A DNA stretch of 64,000 bases from an uncultured Alphaproteobacteria bacterium (GTDB lineage Bacteria > Bacteroidota > Ignavibacteria > OLB7), in NCBI GenBank assembly GCA_964462535.1, contig CAYWXV010000003.1, forward strand, positions 65,193 through 129,192, given 5' to 3'. Of the stretch, positions 39,792 to 49,601 are shown one piece after another. The notes under the pieces are model-generated. The model worked only from the letters and a program-made list of their open reading frames with translations. It had not been told where the DNA came from and searched no databases. The translations under genes and the position numbers were made by a program. The stretch's first letter is position 1. Each line of letters starts with the position of its first letter.

Positions 39792-40268
39792 ATGGCCGAT
39801 ACCATAGAGATCAATGACGACCAGCAGGTCGAGGAGGTAGAGAAGATGCTGACCGAAACACGCGATCGTGTCAAAGGCTACCTGCAAAACGTCTTTCCCG
39901 ATTATGTCGAATTCGACGACGGATCGTTCACCGTCTCGGAAGGCTCGGCGATTATCAGCATTATCGTCCGTCCCTGGCACGGCGGCGATGTCGCCGTCGA
40001 GTTCACAAGTCACCTGGTGAGCGGACCGAACCTTACGCAGGAAGCGCTCCGCTGGCTGCTCCAGAAGAACGTCGAGATCCACTTCGGCGCCTTTGGCCTG
40101 CTGTTCGATGACACGATCGTCTACTCGCAAACCCTACCGGGGAGCGACTTGAGCCGCGCGGAGTTCGAGGCGACCGTTCTCACTGTCGCTCGTATCGCGG
40201 ATCACTACGACGACGAGATCGTAGCGATGGTCGGAGGGACGACGGCCGCTTCCAACGGAGCCCACTAG
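39792..40268 (+). CDS. YbjN-domain protein (putative sensory-transduction regulator / T3SS-chaperone-like fold)
   Basis: Acidic ~158-aa protein with the YbjN-like pattern. Sits directly downstream of pspA. Confidence 0.55.
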   Translation: MADTIEINDDQQVEEVEKMLTETRDRVKGYLQNVFPDYVEFDDGSFTVSEGSAIISIIVRPWHGGDVAVEFTSHLVSGPNLTQEALRWLLQKNVEIHFGAFGLLFDDTIVYSQTLPGSDLSRAEFEATVLTVARIADHYDDEIVAMVGGTTAASNGAH

Positions 40269-40343
40269 AGATTCGACGGCGGTCCGCAACAGCGCCGACG
40301 ATCCTGCACGTACGATACATCTCCCTTCCACCGGCCCCTCGGC

Positions 40344-41141
40344 ATGACCATGCGCGAGGGGCCGGTTTGCAGAACAGCCCGCTTTATGCCTCCCCTTTCT
40401 CGACTCCACATCGTCTACCGCTCCACAGGGGGTGATAATCCGAAGAACCGACCCGCGTTCTACTCGAAGATGCTCTGTCTTCAGAGCTTTCTACAGGCGG
40501 TAGATGTGGTGCGTGACCGCGTTCGTATCACCTTCGTCAACGACGGTCCAATGCCAGACGATCGACTGGAGGTCATGAGGCAGAAGGGTGAAGTCATTGG
40601 TCTGCCGGGGCTCGGAAACAGCCCCTCGTATCGGAAGGCGCTAGACATTGCGTTGGGAACCAGCCCGGAGAGCCTTGTCTATTTCGCGGAGGACGACTAT
40701 CTCTATTCGCCTCAGGCCTTCGTTGGGCTCTTCGATGCGTTCGACTCGATACCGGAAGCTGATTACGTGACGCTTTTTGACCATCGGGATCGATACGTGC
40801 GGCGGGACGATTCAAGACGGGGATACAGCCGCGTCTACGTTGCAGGCGGTCGGCACTGGCGGACCGTCGAATCCACGTGTATGACGTTTGGTGCTCGACT
40901 CGGGCGACTGAAGAAGGATGCGTGGATACACCGTCTTGCAACAATCCCCGGTACCCCTCGCGACCGTCTTCTGTGGAGACTGACGCAGGGAGAAAAGTGG
41001 TTCGCGTTGAAGTTCCCCAAGCGGCGGCTGATCGGCCCGCTGCCATCCCTGGCGACACACATGGACCCGGAAGGGATGGCTCCAAACGTCGACTGGGAGC
41101 AGGTAGCGAAATCGGTCTCCGAAGCGGCGAGATTGGGCTGA
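40344..41141 (+). CDS. hypothetical protein, possibly a GT-A fold glycosyltransferase
   Basis: VNDGP and AEDDYLY (DXD-like) motifs. Start could be 40344 or an internal Met. No firm family. Confidence 0.4.
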   Translation: MTMREGPVCRTARFMPPLSRLHIVYRSTGGDNPKNRPAFYSKMLCLQSFLQAVDVVRDRVRITFVNDGPMPDDRLEVMRQKGEVIGLPGLGNSPSYRKALDIALGTSPESLVYFAEDDYLYSPQAFVGLFDAFDSIPEADYVTLFDHRDRYVRRDDSRRGYSRVYVAGGRHWRTVESTCMTFGARLGRLKKDAWIHRLATIPGTPRDRLLWRLTQGEKWFALKFPKRRLIGPLPSLATHMDPEGMAPNVDWEQVAKSVSEAARLG

Positions 41142-41158
41142 AATCGGCCCTTTTTTTG
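41135..41158 (+). terminator. intrinsic terminator overlapping the stop codon of the 40344 gene
   Basis: gggctgaaatcggccc hairpin followed by ttttttt (41151-41157). Confidence 0.6.
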
Positions 41159-41393
41159 GGTTGCCCACGTGCGGGCATAATGGCATTTTGTGCCCCGTCC
41201 AATGGGACTTCCGGACACGATTTCCAGCCGACCTTTCCTGCCCAGTATTACTCCGCGTACTACCCGAACAGCGTCGCTGTATCGTATTGCATAGGCGACG
41301 TGACCGACTGGTGTCGCGACATTCACCGCCCATCGGAATCGACGTCGGCATCCCGCATGCGACCCATCAAGCTCATCTATAGATCTATTTCGA

Positions 41394-43862
41394 ATGGCTA
41401 CCTCTGAACGGCTCATACCGGTCACGTTAGAAGAGGAGATGCGCTCGTCGTATCTCGATTATTCCATGTCGGTCATCGTCTCGCGCGCCCTACCGGACGT
41501 TCGTGACGGATTGAAGCCTGTCCATCGCCGAGTTCTCTATTCGATGTACGAGCTCGGCCTGAATTTCAATCGCCCGTACAAGAAATCGGCGCGCATCGTC
41601 GGCGAGACGATGGGGAAGTACCATCCGCACGGTGACTCGTCGATCTACGAGACGTTGGTTCGCATGGCGCAGCCGTTCTCCATGCGCCACATGCTTGTCG
41701 ATGGTCAGGGGAATTTTGGAAGCGTGGATGGTGACCCGGCAGCCGCCATGCGATACACGGAGGCTCGCCTGACAGCGATCGCTGGTGAGATGATCCGTGA
41801 TATCGAGAAGAACACGGTTGACTTCCAGCCGAACTTCGACGACAGTCTTCAACAGCCGACAGTACTCCCGGCGAATTTCCCGAACCTGCTTGTCAACGGC
41901 AGCTCGGGAATCGCGGTTGGTATGGCCACCAATATTCCGCCACACAATCTGGGCGAGGTGATCGACGGGCTCATAGCGTTGATCGGTAATCCGGAGACGA
42001 CGGTGGAGGAGCTGATGAAATTCGTCAAGGCTCCTGATTTCCCAACCGGTGGCATCATCTACGGCTACGATGGTGTCGCAGAGGCATTCCGCACGGGGCG
42101 TGGGAAGGTTATCGTTCGCGCCCGTGTCAGTACGGAGGTTCTGAAGTCCGGAAAGGAGCAGCTGGTCGTAACCGAGCTCCCGTTCCAGGTCAACAAGGCA
42201 AATCTGATTGAGAAGGTGGCGGACCTTGTTCGCGAGAAGAAGCTGGAGGACATCGCAAACATCCGCGACGAGTCCGATCGCGACGGTATGCGGATCGTCA
42301 TCGAGTTGAAGAGGGATGCGACTCCCGAGGTCGTGATGAACAACCTCTACAAGTACACGCAGCTTCAAACCACGTTTGGCGTGAACATGCTTGCACTGGT
42401 GGAAGGGCGTCCTCGTGTTCTCTCGTTGAAGGACGTGATGGAGCAGTTCCTCAAGCACAGGAACGAAGTCATCGTCCGCCGCACGCAATTCGATCTGGAC
42501 GCAGCCGAACGTCGGGCCCACATCCTGGAAGGGTATATCATCGCGCTCGACAACATCGACGAGGTGATTGCACTCATCAAGCAGTCCAAGGACGTCGAGA
42601 GTGCTCGAACTGGATTGATGAGGCGGTTCGGACTTTCCGAGATCCAGGCGAAAGCGATTCTCGACATGCGACTCCAGCGGCTCACCGGTCTGGAGCGCGA
42701 CAAGATTCAGCAGGAGTACCGCGAAACGATTGAGTTGATCGAGAGGCTCCGTGCCATCCTTGGTTCAAAGGATCTGCAGATGACGATTGTCCGCGAAGAG
42801 TTGGAGAACATGCGGAACAAGTTCGCCGACCCGCGACGAACCGACATCATCTTCGACTATCGCGATTTCACGCTCGAAGAGCTGATCGCACAGGAAGACG
42901 TTGTCGTGACGATCTCGAACAACGGCTTCATCAAGCGGTTCCCCGTCTCGGGGTATCGCCGCCAGCATAGAGGGGGGAAGGGTGTGACGGGCATGCAGAC
43001 GCGTGAGGACGACTTCATTGAGCACGTCTTCGTCGGGTCGACGCACAGCTATCTCATCTTCTTCACCGATCGAGGGCGTTGCTTCAGATTGAAGATCTAC
43101 GAAATCCCCGAGGCCGGACGGGCGGCGAAGGGGCGTTCGCTCGCTAACCTCCTTCCCAAGGAGAAGGACGAGCAGATCACCGCAATCCTCTCGGTAAAGG
43201 ACTTCACAGCCGACCAGTTCATCCTGATGGTGACACGCATCGGTACGGTGAAGAAGACCGCACTCGGTGACTTTGCGAACATCCGGTCGAACGGAATCAT
43301 CGCGATCAACTTGCGCGGTGACGACGCTCTCGTCGCTACCAGACTCACGGATGGGGACAACGACATTCTGATCGCAACCCACGAAGGGATGGCGGTCCGC
43401 TTCCGTGAGTCCGACGTTCGCGACATGGGGCGGACCGCGTCGGGTGTCCGGGGAATTACGCTGGCGAAGGACGATTTCGTGATCGATATGGTCGCTGTCA
43501 AGCGTACCGATTCACATGTGCTGGTTGTCAGCGAGAACGGGATGGGTAAGCGAAGCCAGGTGAGCGACTTCCGTTTGACCCGCCGTGGTGGAAAGGGGGT
43601 CATCTCGATGAACACGACGGAGAAGGTCGGAAAGGTGGTGGCAATGCGTGAGGTGGTTGACGCCGACGACATCGTCGTGATGACCGAAGGGGGGATGGTG
43701 ATACGCCAGCATGTCGCTGACATCCGCGTTCTGGGTAGAAACACCCAGGGTGTCCGGCTTATTCGATTGAACGAGAGCGACAAGATCACCGGCGTGGCCG
43801 TCGTTCGGGCCGAGGAGGGTGAGGATGATGAGCCGATCAATGGCGAGGAAGTCGCCGAGTAG
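41394..43862 (+). CDS. gyrA: DNA gyrase subunit A
   Basis: [47 protein letters not shown] (QRDR region), C-terminal beta-pinwheel repeats, acidic tail. 822 aa. Confidence 0.95.
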   Translation: MATSERLIPVTLEEEMRSSYLDYSMSVIVSRALPDVRDGLKPVHRRVLYSMYELGLNFNRPYKKSARIVGETMGKYHPHGDSSIYETLVRMAQPFSMRHMLVDGQGNFGSVDGDPAAAMRYTEARLTAIAGEMIRDIEKNTVDFQPNFDDSLQQPTVLPANFPNLLVNGSSGIAVGMATNIPPHNLGEVIDGLIALIGNPETTVEELMKFVKAPDFPTGGIIYGYDGVAEAFRTGRGKVIVRARVSTEVLKSGKEQLVVTELPFQVNKANLIEKVADLVREKKLEDIANIRDESDRDGMRIVIELKRDATPEVVMNNLYKYTQLQTTFGVNMLALVEGRPRVLSLKDVMEQFLKHRNEVIVRRTQFDLDAAERRAHILEGYIIALDNIDEVIALIKQSKDVESARTGLMRRFGLSEIQAKAILDMRLQRLTGLERDKIQQEYRETIELIERLRAILGSKDLQMTIVREELENMRNKFADPRRTDIIFDYRDFTLEELIAQEDVVVTISNNGFIKRFPVSGYRRQHRGGKGVTGMQTREDDFIEHVFVGSTHSYLIFFTDRGRCFRLKIYEIPEAGRAAKGRSLANLLPKEKDEQITAILSVKDFTADQFILMVTRIGTVKKTALGDFANIRSNGIIAINLRGDDALVATRLTDGDNDILIATHEGMAVRFRESDVRDMGRTASGVRGITLAKDDFVIDMVAVKRTDSHVLVVSENGMGKRSQVSDFRLTRRGGKGVISMNTTEKVGKVVAMREVVDADDIVVMTEGGMVIRQHVADIRVLGRNTQGVRLIRLNESDKITGVAVVRAEEGEDDEPINGEEVAE

Positions 43863-43916
43863 CTTGGAAGTTCGTTCGCTCGTGACGATTTTTGGCCCCC
43901 CTGACAGGGGGGAAGC

Positions 43917-44001
43917 GCAGGAGTGGCGGAATTGGCAGACGCGCCGGACTCAAAATCCGGTGGGCTAAACACCCGTGCGGGTTCGACCCCCGCCTCCTGT
44001 A
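43917..44001 (+). tRNA. tRNA-Leu (anticodon CAA), class II with long variable arm
   Basis: Folded by hand: acceptor gcaggag/ctcctgt (G1-U72), D-stem gcg/cgc with GG in the loop, anticodon stem ccgga/tccgg with loop ctCAAaa, variable-arm hairpin ggg...ccc, T-arm gcggg-ttcgacc-cccgc, discriminator A. Confidence 0.8.
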
Positions 44002-44268
44002 CAACAATTCTGATGACCCAAATCAGACGGCGGACAGCCTCTTACATTCTCCGCTTGCCCCAAAAGAGGGGCCGGCCTATCTTTGCAGGCTCTTTTCGCG
44101 ATTCCGTTGATGCACGAAAGTGCGGTGGCGGACGTCGTACATGGATCAGACAACCGGGTGGAAGCCGCTGTAAAAGCGGATGACCGATGAAGGCGCCCAG
44201 CCGAACGGTCGCCTTTTTTTGTCCCCGGTATCGAACGCTTCACTCGACTTCATACAGCAGGCTGGATC

Positions 44269-44442
44269 ATGGCAAAGACACAATCGTTCGCAGACAAGGC
44301 GAAGAAGAAGGGAGGATCGGACCTGATTTCCGTCAAGGTCGTTCTCTCCGAGAAGACCGCGGCCGGCACCTACAAGTTCACCGAGCGGTTCGTAAAGGTG
44401 AAGGACCTTGCGGACGTCGAGAAGACTGTCAAGGGTATTTGA
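44269..44442 (+). CDS. DUF4295 family small protein (57 aa), ribosomal-protein-cluster associated
   Basis: Translation is [57 protein letters not shown]. It carries the AKK motif and ...KTGAY.F.E pattern typical of Bacteroidota DUF4295, and lies immediately upstream of rpmE. Below the 60-aa cutoff of the ORF track. Confidence 0.6.
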   Translation: MAKTQSFADKAKKKGGSDLISVKVVLSEKTAAGTYKFTERFVKVKDLADVEKTVKGI

Positions 44443-44486
44443 GAATTCGATGTCAACGTTCAGACACGATTGAAAAAGGAGCACAC

Positions 44487-44732
44487 ATGAAAGAGGGCAT
44501 TCATCCACGATACATCGCAGCGCGCGTGACGTGCGTCTGTGGGAATAGCTTCATCACCCGCTCGACGGTTGGTGACATCAAGTTGGAAATCTGCTCGGAG
44601 TGCCATCCGTTTTACACCGGCAAGCAGAAGGTGATCGACACAGCCGGTCGAATTGATCGCTTCAATCAGCGCTTCCAGAAGTCGAAGGATATCAAGGCCG
44701 CAAAGACGGCCACCACCGGCGACAACGCGTAG
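44487..44732 (+). CDS. rpmE: 50S ribosomal protein L31 (zinc-binding type)
   Basis: [27 protein letters not shown]...[23 protein letters not shown]. The track ORF 44187..44732 is an upstream extension. Confidence 0.9.
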   Translation: MKEGIHPRYIAARVTCVCGNSFITRSTVGDIKLEICSECHPFYTGKQKVIDTAGRIDRFNQRFQKSKDIKAAKTATTGDNA

Positions 44733-44774
44733 GACGACGGCTAGTACCAGACATCAGAAACCTGAACGATACAG

Positions 44775-45053
44775 ATGAGACGCAGCAACGATCGCAATCA
44801 GATGGGAATGGAAGGGGGACTTCGTCAGCGACGGAACGATCCCCCCCGCCGCAAGCGGAATCCGGTCAAGGGTATCGAGTACATCGACTACACCAACACC
44901 AAGCTTCTCCAGCGCTTTATCAATGACCAGGGGAAGATCCTTCCAAAGAGGATTACCGGTGTGACCGCAAAGCAGCAACGGGCGATTACCCGCGCTGTCA
45001 AGTACGCTCGGCACCTGGCGCTCCTCCCGTTCGTCACTGACGATCCACGCTAG
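44775..45053 (+). CDS. rpsR: 30S ribosomal protein S18
   Basis: [50 protein letters not shown]. Confidence 0.9.
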   Translation: MRRSNDRNQMGMEGGLRQRRNDPPRRKRNPVKGIEYIDYTNTKLLQRFINDQGKILPKRITGVTAKQQRAITRAVKYARHLALLPFVTDDPR

Positions 45054-45077
45054 TCGTATTCGTACGATCGAAACAGC

Positions 45078-45118
45078 AAACGCCCTCGAGGTTATTTCCT
45101 CGGGGGCGTTGCGTTTCT
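45078..45118 (+). terminator. intrinsic terminator after rpsR
   Basis: aaacgccctcgagg / cctcgggggcgtt imperfect 13-bp stem with a 7-nt loop, followed by gcgtttct. Confidence 0.6.
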
Positions 45119-45281
45119 GACCCGGATCGCATCACCATCCTTCAAACAAGTAATTGGAAAGATGGTGATCATGAATTTTCGCCGCGACCCCGCGTCCGCC
45201 CGATGTTGGTGGGCATTCCTGGCGATGCACTGTCCGCTCACGATACCCCGCGTCCACCCTCGCTGGCTCGATACACCCCGT

Positions 45282-46310
45282 TCATTCACGTGTGACTTCG
45301 ATCAACGCGGCATGCACGCGTTCGACATCAATGAGTTCCATGCAGTTGAAGTGGCCGCGCGGACAGGACTCGCGTCCAATCGCTGAACAGGGGCGGCACG
45401 AGACGTCCGGTCGTTCAACAACAATGGAACGTCCGCGAAACGGACCGAATCCGAAGTCGAGGACGGTCGATCCGAAGATGACGACGGTAGGTCTACCACG
45501 AGCGATCGCGACGTGGGCAAGCGCGGAGTCATTCGCGACAACGCCGGTGGCGACGTCCATTGTTACAGCTGCCTGAAGCAACGTAGTCGATCCAGCGAGG
45601 TTGACAATCGCATGCGCAACACCACTCTCCAGCATCACCCGGTTACATACGTCGACCTCTGAGGGTCCGCCGAGCAGGACGACACGGTCCCCGGAACGCG
45701 CGAGCGTCCTCGCAAGCTCACCCCATTTGGCCGGTGGCCACGCCTTTGTGTTGTGACGGGCCCCAGGCGCAAGAACCCAGGTTGGACGCTCGCAATCGGG
45801 TTTCAACGGCGAAACGCTATCGCCTGCAAAGAGTTCGAGACCCGTGCCGTCATCTTGCACACCCAACGGCCGTGCTGCATCAAGGTAAAGAAGGGGTATC
45901 TGCCGAACAGGCTGCAGGAGGTTCCATCCGAACCAGACGAGCAGCTTCTTGCGAATCGTCGGTTTTCGAATCGTCAGTAGCTGCCGCCCCAGTCCGTGCC
46001 TGACGATTCGACTTCGCAACGACGCGTGAAGGTCTAGAACGACATCGAACTTTCCATGCGCGGCCAACAAATGGTTGCGGTACTCCCGAAGCCCACCAGC
46101 GTTCAACGAACGATCGATTGAATGGACCTTACAGACGTGTGGGGAGAACGAGAAGAGGGGGGCGAACTCGTTCAGCGTGAGGACATGGATCTCCCAATCG
46201 GGAAGTGTGCGGTGGAGCGAACGAATCACTGGCGACGTGAGGATTATGTCCCCTGCCGAAGAGAATCGGATGACCAGGATCCGTTTGATCGCGCTCGCCG
46301 TCGTCTGCAT
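45282..46310 (-). CDS. glycosyltransferase family 9 (ADP-heptose:LPS heptosyltransferase-like)
   Basis: ATG at 46310 (the track start at 46319 is TTG). ILVIRFSSAGDIILTSPVIRSL N-terminal GT9 motif. ~340 aa. Confidence 0.8.
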   Translation of the reverse strand: MQTTASAIKRILVIRFSSAGDIILTSPVIRSLHRTLPDWEIHVLTLNEFAPLFSFSPHVCKVHSIDRSLNAGGLREYRNHLLAAHGKFDVVLDLHASLRSRIVRHGLGRQLLTIRKPTIRKKLLVWFGWNLLQPVRQIPLLYLDAARPLGVQDDGTGLELFAGDSVSPLKPDCERPTWVLAPGARHNTKAWPPAKWGELARTLARSGDRVVLLGGPSEVDVCNRVMLESGVAHAIVNLAGSTTLLQAAVTMDVATGVVANDSALAHVAIARGRPTVVIFGSTVLDFGFGPFRGRSIVVERPDVSCRPCSAIGRESCPRGHFNCMELIDVERVHAALIEVTRE

Positions 46311-46522
46311 GGCCGTCAAAATAGTAGTGGCTGATCCGCTTCCAATCGAAGGGGCGCAAGATCGTTATCTTGGTGGCCCTCGGCATCACGCCTGCTGGCG
46401 CGCTCCCGCGTCAGGCAGTTCCAGCGACGTCATCACATACCATGCACACATCCACCTCCCGACCCGCAACGCTTGGCGCATTACGCACTTCCGGCTACAC
46501 ATCTCTCTCCGTAAAGGATGAG

Positions 46523-47968
46523 ATGCGGCGGAACATGATCCGAAAACTGAAAACGGGAGAGAACCTCTTTCCCGGCATTATCGGATTCGATGAGACGGTC
46601 ATTCCTCAGATCGTCAATGCGATACTTGCACGGCACGACATTCTGCTTCTGGGACTGCGTGGCCAGGCCAAGACGAGGATCGCGCGACTCCTCCCGAACT
46701 TCCTCGACGAGTGGGTCCCGATCATCGCCGGGTCAGAGGTAAACGATGACCCGTTGTCCCCGATCAGCCGCCGCGGAGTCGACATGGTTCGCGAACTGGG
46801 CGATGACGCGCCCGTTGAGTGGATACATCGATCGGAAAGGTACGGAGAGAAGCTCGCGACCCCCGACGTGACGATTGCGGACCTCATTGGTGACATCGAC
46901 CCGATCAAGGCTGCCAACCAGCGACTGACGTACGCACACGAGGGGGCTATCCATTTCGGTCTGGTGCCGCGCACGAACCGGGGGATCTTCGTCATCAACG
47001 AACTCCCCGACCTTCAGCCTCGCATTCAAGTCGGACTCTTCAACATCATGGAGGAGAAGGACATTCAAATCCGTGGGTTCAACGTCCGAATCCCCCTCGA
47101 TCTTGCGATTGTCTTTACGGCGAACCCGGAAGACTACACCAATCGCGGCTCGATCATTACGCCTTTGAAGGACCGAATAGACTCGCAGATCCTCACACAC
47201 TATCCCCGGTCGCTTGACGAGGGGATGGCCATCACCAGGCAGGAGGCGTGGCGGCATCGGGAGCACGATGCGACCGTCATCATACCGCCGTTCCTGGAGG
47301 AGGTGGTGGAGATGATCGCAGTGCAGGCCCGCGCATCCGAGTTCGTCGATCAGCAGTCGGGCGTGTCGGCCCGAATGACGATCGCCACGATGGAAGCGAT
47401 GATATCGAACGCAGAGCGCAGAGCGATCATGCATGGTGAAGAGGTCGTAGCCCCACGCATCATCGATCTGCTACAAGCGCTGCCTGGGATAACCGGGAAG
47501 GTGGAACTGGTCTTCGAGGGTGAGCAGGAGGGGCCGGCAAAGGTGGCTCGCCTCCTGGTGGGTAAGGGTGTTCGCGAGGTCTTCGCCCGTTATCTCCCAA
47601 ACCCTCTCGAGCGGCCCAAACGATCCGGCGAGGGAGCACGTGCCGCAGATCCGTTCGCACCGGTTCTCGCTCATTTCAGTGCGGGAAATTCCGTCGACAT
47701 TGCAGATGCGATGACGTTCGAGGAGTACTACGCTGCACTAAATTCTGTGCCGGGGCTGCATGACCTGGCGCAACGCACATTCAAGATAGATCGCAAGGAG
47801 CGACACGTCCTTGCGGCGGCGATGGAGCTCGTACTTGACGGTCTCCATCAGCATTCCAAGGTTGCTCGTGAGGACTACGCGACCATCGTGTCGTACAGTG
47901 ATATGGTCGGCTCCATCTTCAATCGGAGGAAGGGAGGAGATGAAGAGGAAGAGGAGGAGAATTGGTAG
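46523..47968 (+). CDS. ChlI/MoxR-like AAA+ family protein with degenerate Walker A/B motifs and C-terminal poly-Glu tail
   Basis: ATG at 46523 with AAAGGA upstream. FPGIIGFDETVIPQIVNAIL...LLLGLRGQAKTRIARLLPNFL resembles the ChlI N-terminus but reads GLRGQAKT where G-x-x-G-x-GK[ST] is expected. The Walker B position reads IFVINELPDL (Asn replaces Asp). Ends in GGDEEEEEENW. Confidence 0.55.
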   Translation: MRRNMIRKLKTGENLFPGIIGFDETVIPQIVNAILARHDILLLGLRGQAKTRIARLLPNFLDEWVPIIAGSEVNDDPLSPISRRGVDMVRELGDDAPVEWIHRSERYGEKLATPDVTIADLIGDIDPIKAANQRLTYAHEGAIHFGLVPRTNRGIFVINELPDLQPRIQVGLFNIMEEKDIQIRGFNVRIPLDLAIVFTANPEDYTNRGSIITPLKDRIDSQILTHYPRSLDEGMAITRQEAWRHREHDATVIIPPFLEEVVEMIAVQARASEFVDQQSGVSARMTIATMEAMISNAERRAIMHGEEVVAPRIIDLLQALPGITGKVELVFEGEQEGPAKVARLLVGKGVREVFARYLPNPLERPKRSGEGARAADPFAPVLAHFSAGNSVDIADAMTFEEYYAALNSVPGLHDLAQRTFKIDRKERHVLAAAMELVLDGLHQHSKVAREDYATIVSYSDMVGSIFNRRKGGDEEEEEENW

Positions 47969-48111
47969 TCGCGGCTGCGGCGCTCGCCCGTTTGTCGTTC
48001 GCGTGCGCCTGATGAGTAGATGCCGGCGGCAAGGGGATTCGCCGCTTGGTGCATGAGCTGGCTCCGCCGCGTCAGGCTGCGGGGGGGGCAGGGATGCTCA
48101 ACCGAGGGCCT

Positions 48112-49308
48112 CTACGCCCCGCGTACATAATCGGCGAAGATGTCGCCAAGCGCGCCTACGACGTGATCGACATGTTCGTTCTGGAAGATCAACGGGGGGA
48201 GAAATCGAAGAACTGTGTCCGCGGTGGCATTGATGACGACATCCCGCTCGAGCATCCGATCGACGAACGGACCCGCCGGCACGTTCAGTTCGATACCGGC
48301 CATTGCGCCCGCGCCTCGCACATCAGCCACCAGTGAGGGGTAGGCCGATTCGAGCTCGTGGAATCGATTCAACATGTACTCGCCGACGATTCGCGCGTTC
48401 TCCATCAGACCCTCACCAAGCAGGTCGAGCACGGCACTCCCGGCCGCGCACGCGACTGCATTCCCACCGAACGTTGTCCCATGACGTCCGCTGCCCCAGA
48501 CGTCAGCCAGTTCCTCAGTGACGAGCATCGCCCCCAGCGGCAATCCACCACCGATACCCTTGGCCAGGGTGACGATGTCCGGGCGGAACCCGAATCGATC
48601 AAACGAAAAGAACGTCCCTGTTCTCCCTCCACCCGCCTGCACTTCATCCGCGACAATCAGGAATCCATACTTCTCACGAAGCTCGACGAGCGTCTCCAAC
48701 ACTTCGCTGGTGACCCACCTGACTCCCCCTTCGCCCTGCAGGCATTCGATGAAGACGGCACAGGTGGAATCATCAATGCCACTGCGAAGTGCCGGCACGT
48801 CGTTGAATGGGAGGACCGACGCGTTGGGAACAAACGGGCCCATGCCGTCCTTGTAGAGGGGCTTGTTCATGATCGACAGAACCCCAATCGTCCGCCCGTG
48901 AAATCCCCCTTCGAATCCAACCAGCCCCACTTTCCCCCGTGCGCTTCCGTGAGCGCGCGCAAACTTCATGGCCCCTTCATTTGCCTCGGCGCCGCTGTTG
49001 GACAGAAAAGCGCGAGAGTATCCACTCATCCCACAGAGCTTCTCGACGAACTCGACCTGCGCATCCTGAAAGAAGTAGTTGGAGACATGCGTGTACCGAT
49101 GAAGCTGGTGCTGGATTGCCTGAAGAACACGAGGGTTGGCATGTCCTGCAGAGTTGACGGCGATACCACCCAGGAAGTCCAGGTACCGGCGCCCATCGAG
49201 CGCCTGGATGTATATCCCGTCCGCCCGGTCAATCTCAATCGGGAGTCTCTTGTAGGTCTGCAGGAAACGCTCGTGTTCTCGTTCGGTGACCGTCGTGGCG
49301 TGCGTCAT
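48112..49308 (-). CDS. class-III pyridoxal-phosphate aminotransferase (acetylornithine aminotransferase family)
   Basis: DEVQAGGGRTGTFFSFDRFGFRPDIVTLAKGIGGGLPLGA (PLP-lysine block). 398 aa. Confidence 0.8.
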   Translation of the reverse strand: MTHATTVTEREHERFLQTYKRLPIEIDRADGIYIQALDGRRYLDFLGGIAVNSAGHANPRVLQAIQHQLHRYTHVSNYFFQDAQVEFVEKLCGMSGYSRAFLSNSGAEANEGAMKFARAHGSARGKVGLVGFEGGFHGRTIGVLSIMNKPLYKDGMGPFVPNASVLPFNDVPALRSGIDDSTCAVFIECLQGEGGVRWVTSEVLETLVELREKYGFLIVADEVQAGGGRTGTFFSFDRFGFRPDIVTLAKGIGGGLPLGAMLVTEELADVWGSGRHGTTFGGNAVACAAGSAVLDLLGEGLMENARIVGEYMLNRFHELESAYPSLVADVRGAGAMAGIELNVPAGPFVDRMLERDVVINATADTVLRFLPPLIFQNEHVDHVVGALGDIFADYVRGA

Positions 49309-49417
49309 GGGACCGTTGGTGTTACTGAAGAGTGGATAGAAACGACAAACCCCCGACTCTGGCGAGACAAGGGTCTGATCGGAACAGCAAGGAGCGCCCG
49401 GCGGACGAGTGCCGGAC

Positions 49418-49510
49418 GCTACTTCTTCTTCTTGTGACGATTCTTGCGGAGACGCTTCTTCCGCTTGTGCGTCGCCATCTTATGACGCTTGCGCTTCTTG
49501 CCGCAGGGCA
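49418..49510 (-). CDS. 31-aa Arg/Lys-rich peptide, candidate ribosome-associated bS22/mS38-like protein
   Basis: Reverse-strand ATG..TAG encodes MPCGKKRKRHKMATHKRKKRLRKNRHKKKK. The pattern K-R-K-R-H-K-M-x-x-H-K-R-K-K-R-L-R resembles the C-terminus of bS22/mS38. Not in the ORF track because of length. Confidence 0.45.
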
Positions 49511-49601
49511 TAGATCGCTCCTATGTTGATTGATCGGGACGTTCTTAGAAAGGAACCGCAAATATAGGGAAGTGGGGAGATGCGCCCCAAACCGTAACCG
49601 A

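Noticed and set aside
41490-42521. 343-aa ORF antisense to gyrA, and the similar 43097..43972 ORF
   Set aside because: They lie entirely within gyrA on the opposite strand. No motifs. Composition artefact.
43895-43913. cccccctgacagggggg hairpin after gyrA as an intrinsic terminator
   Set aside because: The T-run lies upstream rather than downstream of the stem. Possibly a factor-dependent or processing site for the tRNA, but not a canonical terminator. Not annotated.
43923-44183. 86-aa ORF overlapping tRNA-Leu, and the 43892..44110 ORF
   Set aside because: They overlap a well-folded tRNA gene. No coding features.
44187-44486. Upstream 100-aa extension of the rpmE ORF
   Set aside because: L31 starts at the ATG at 44487 with a perfect SD. 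The extension overlaps the separately conserved DUF4295 ORF in another frame.
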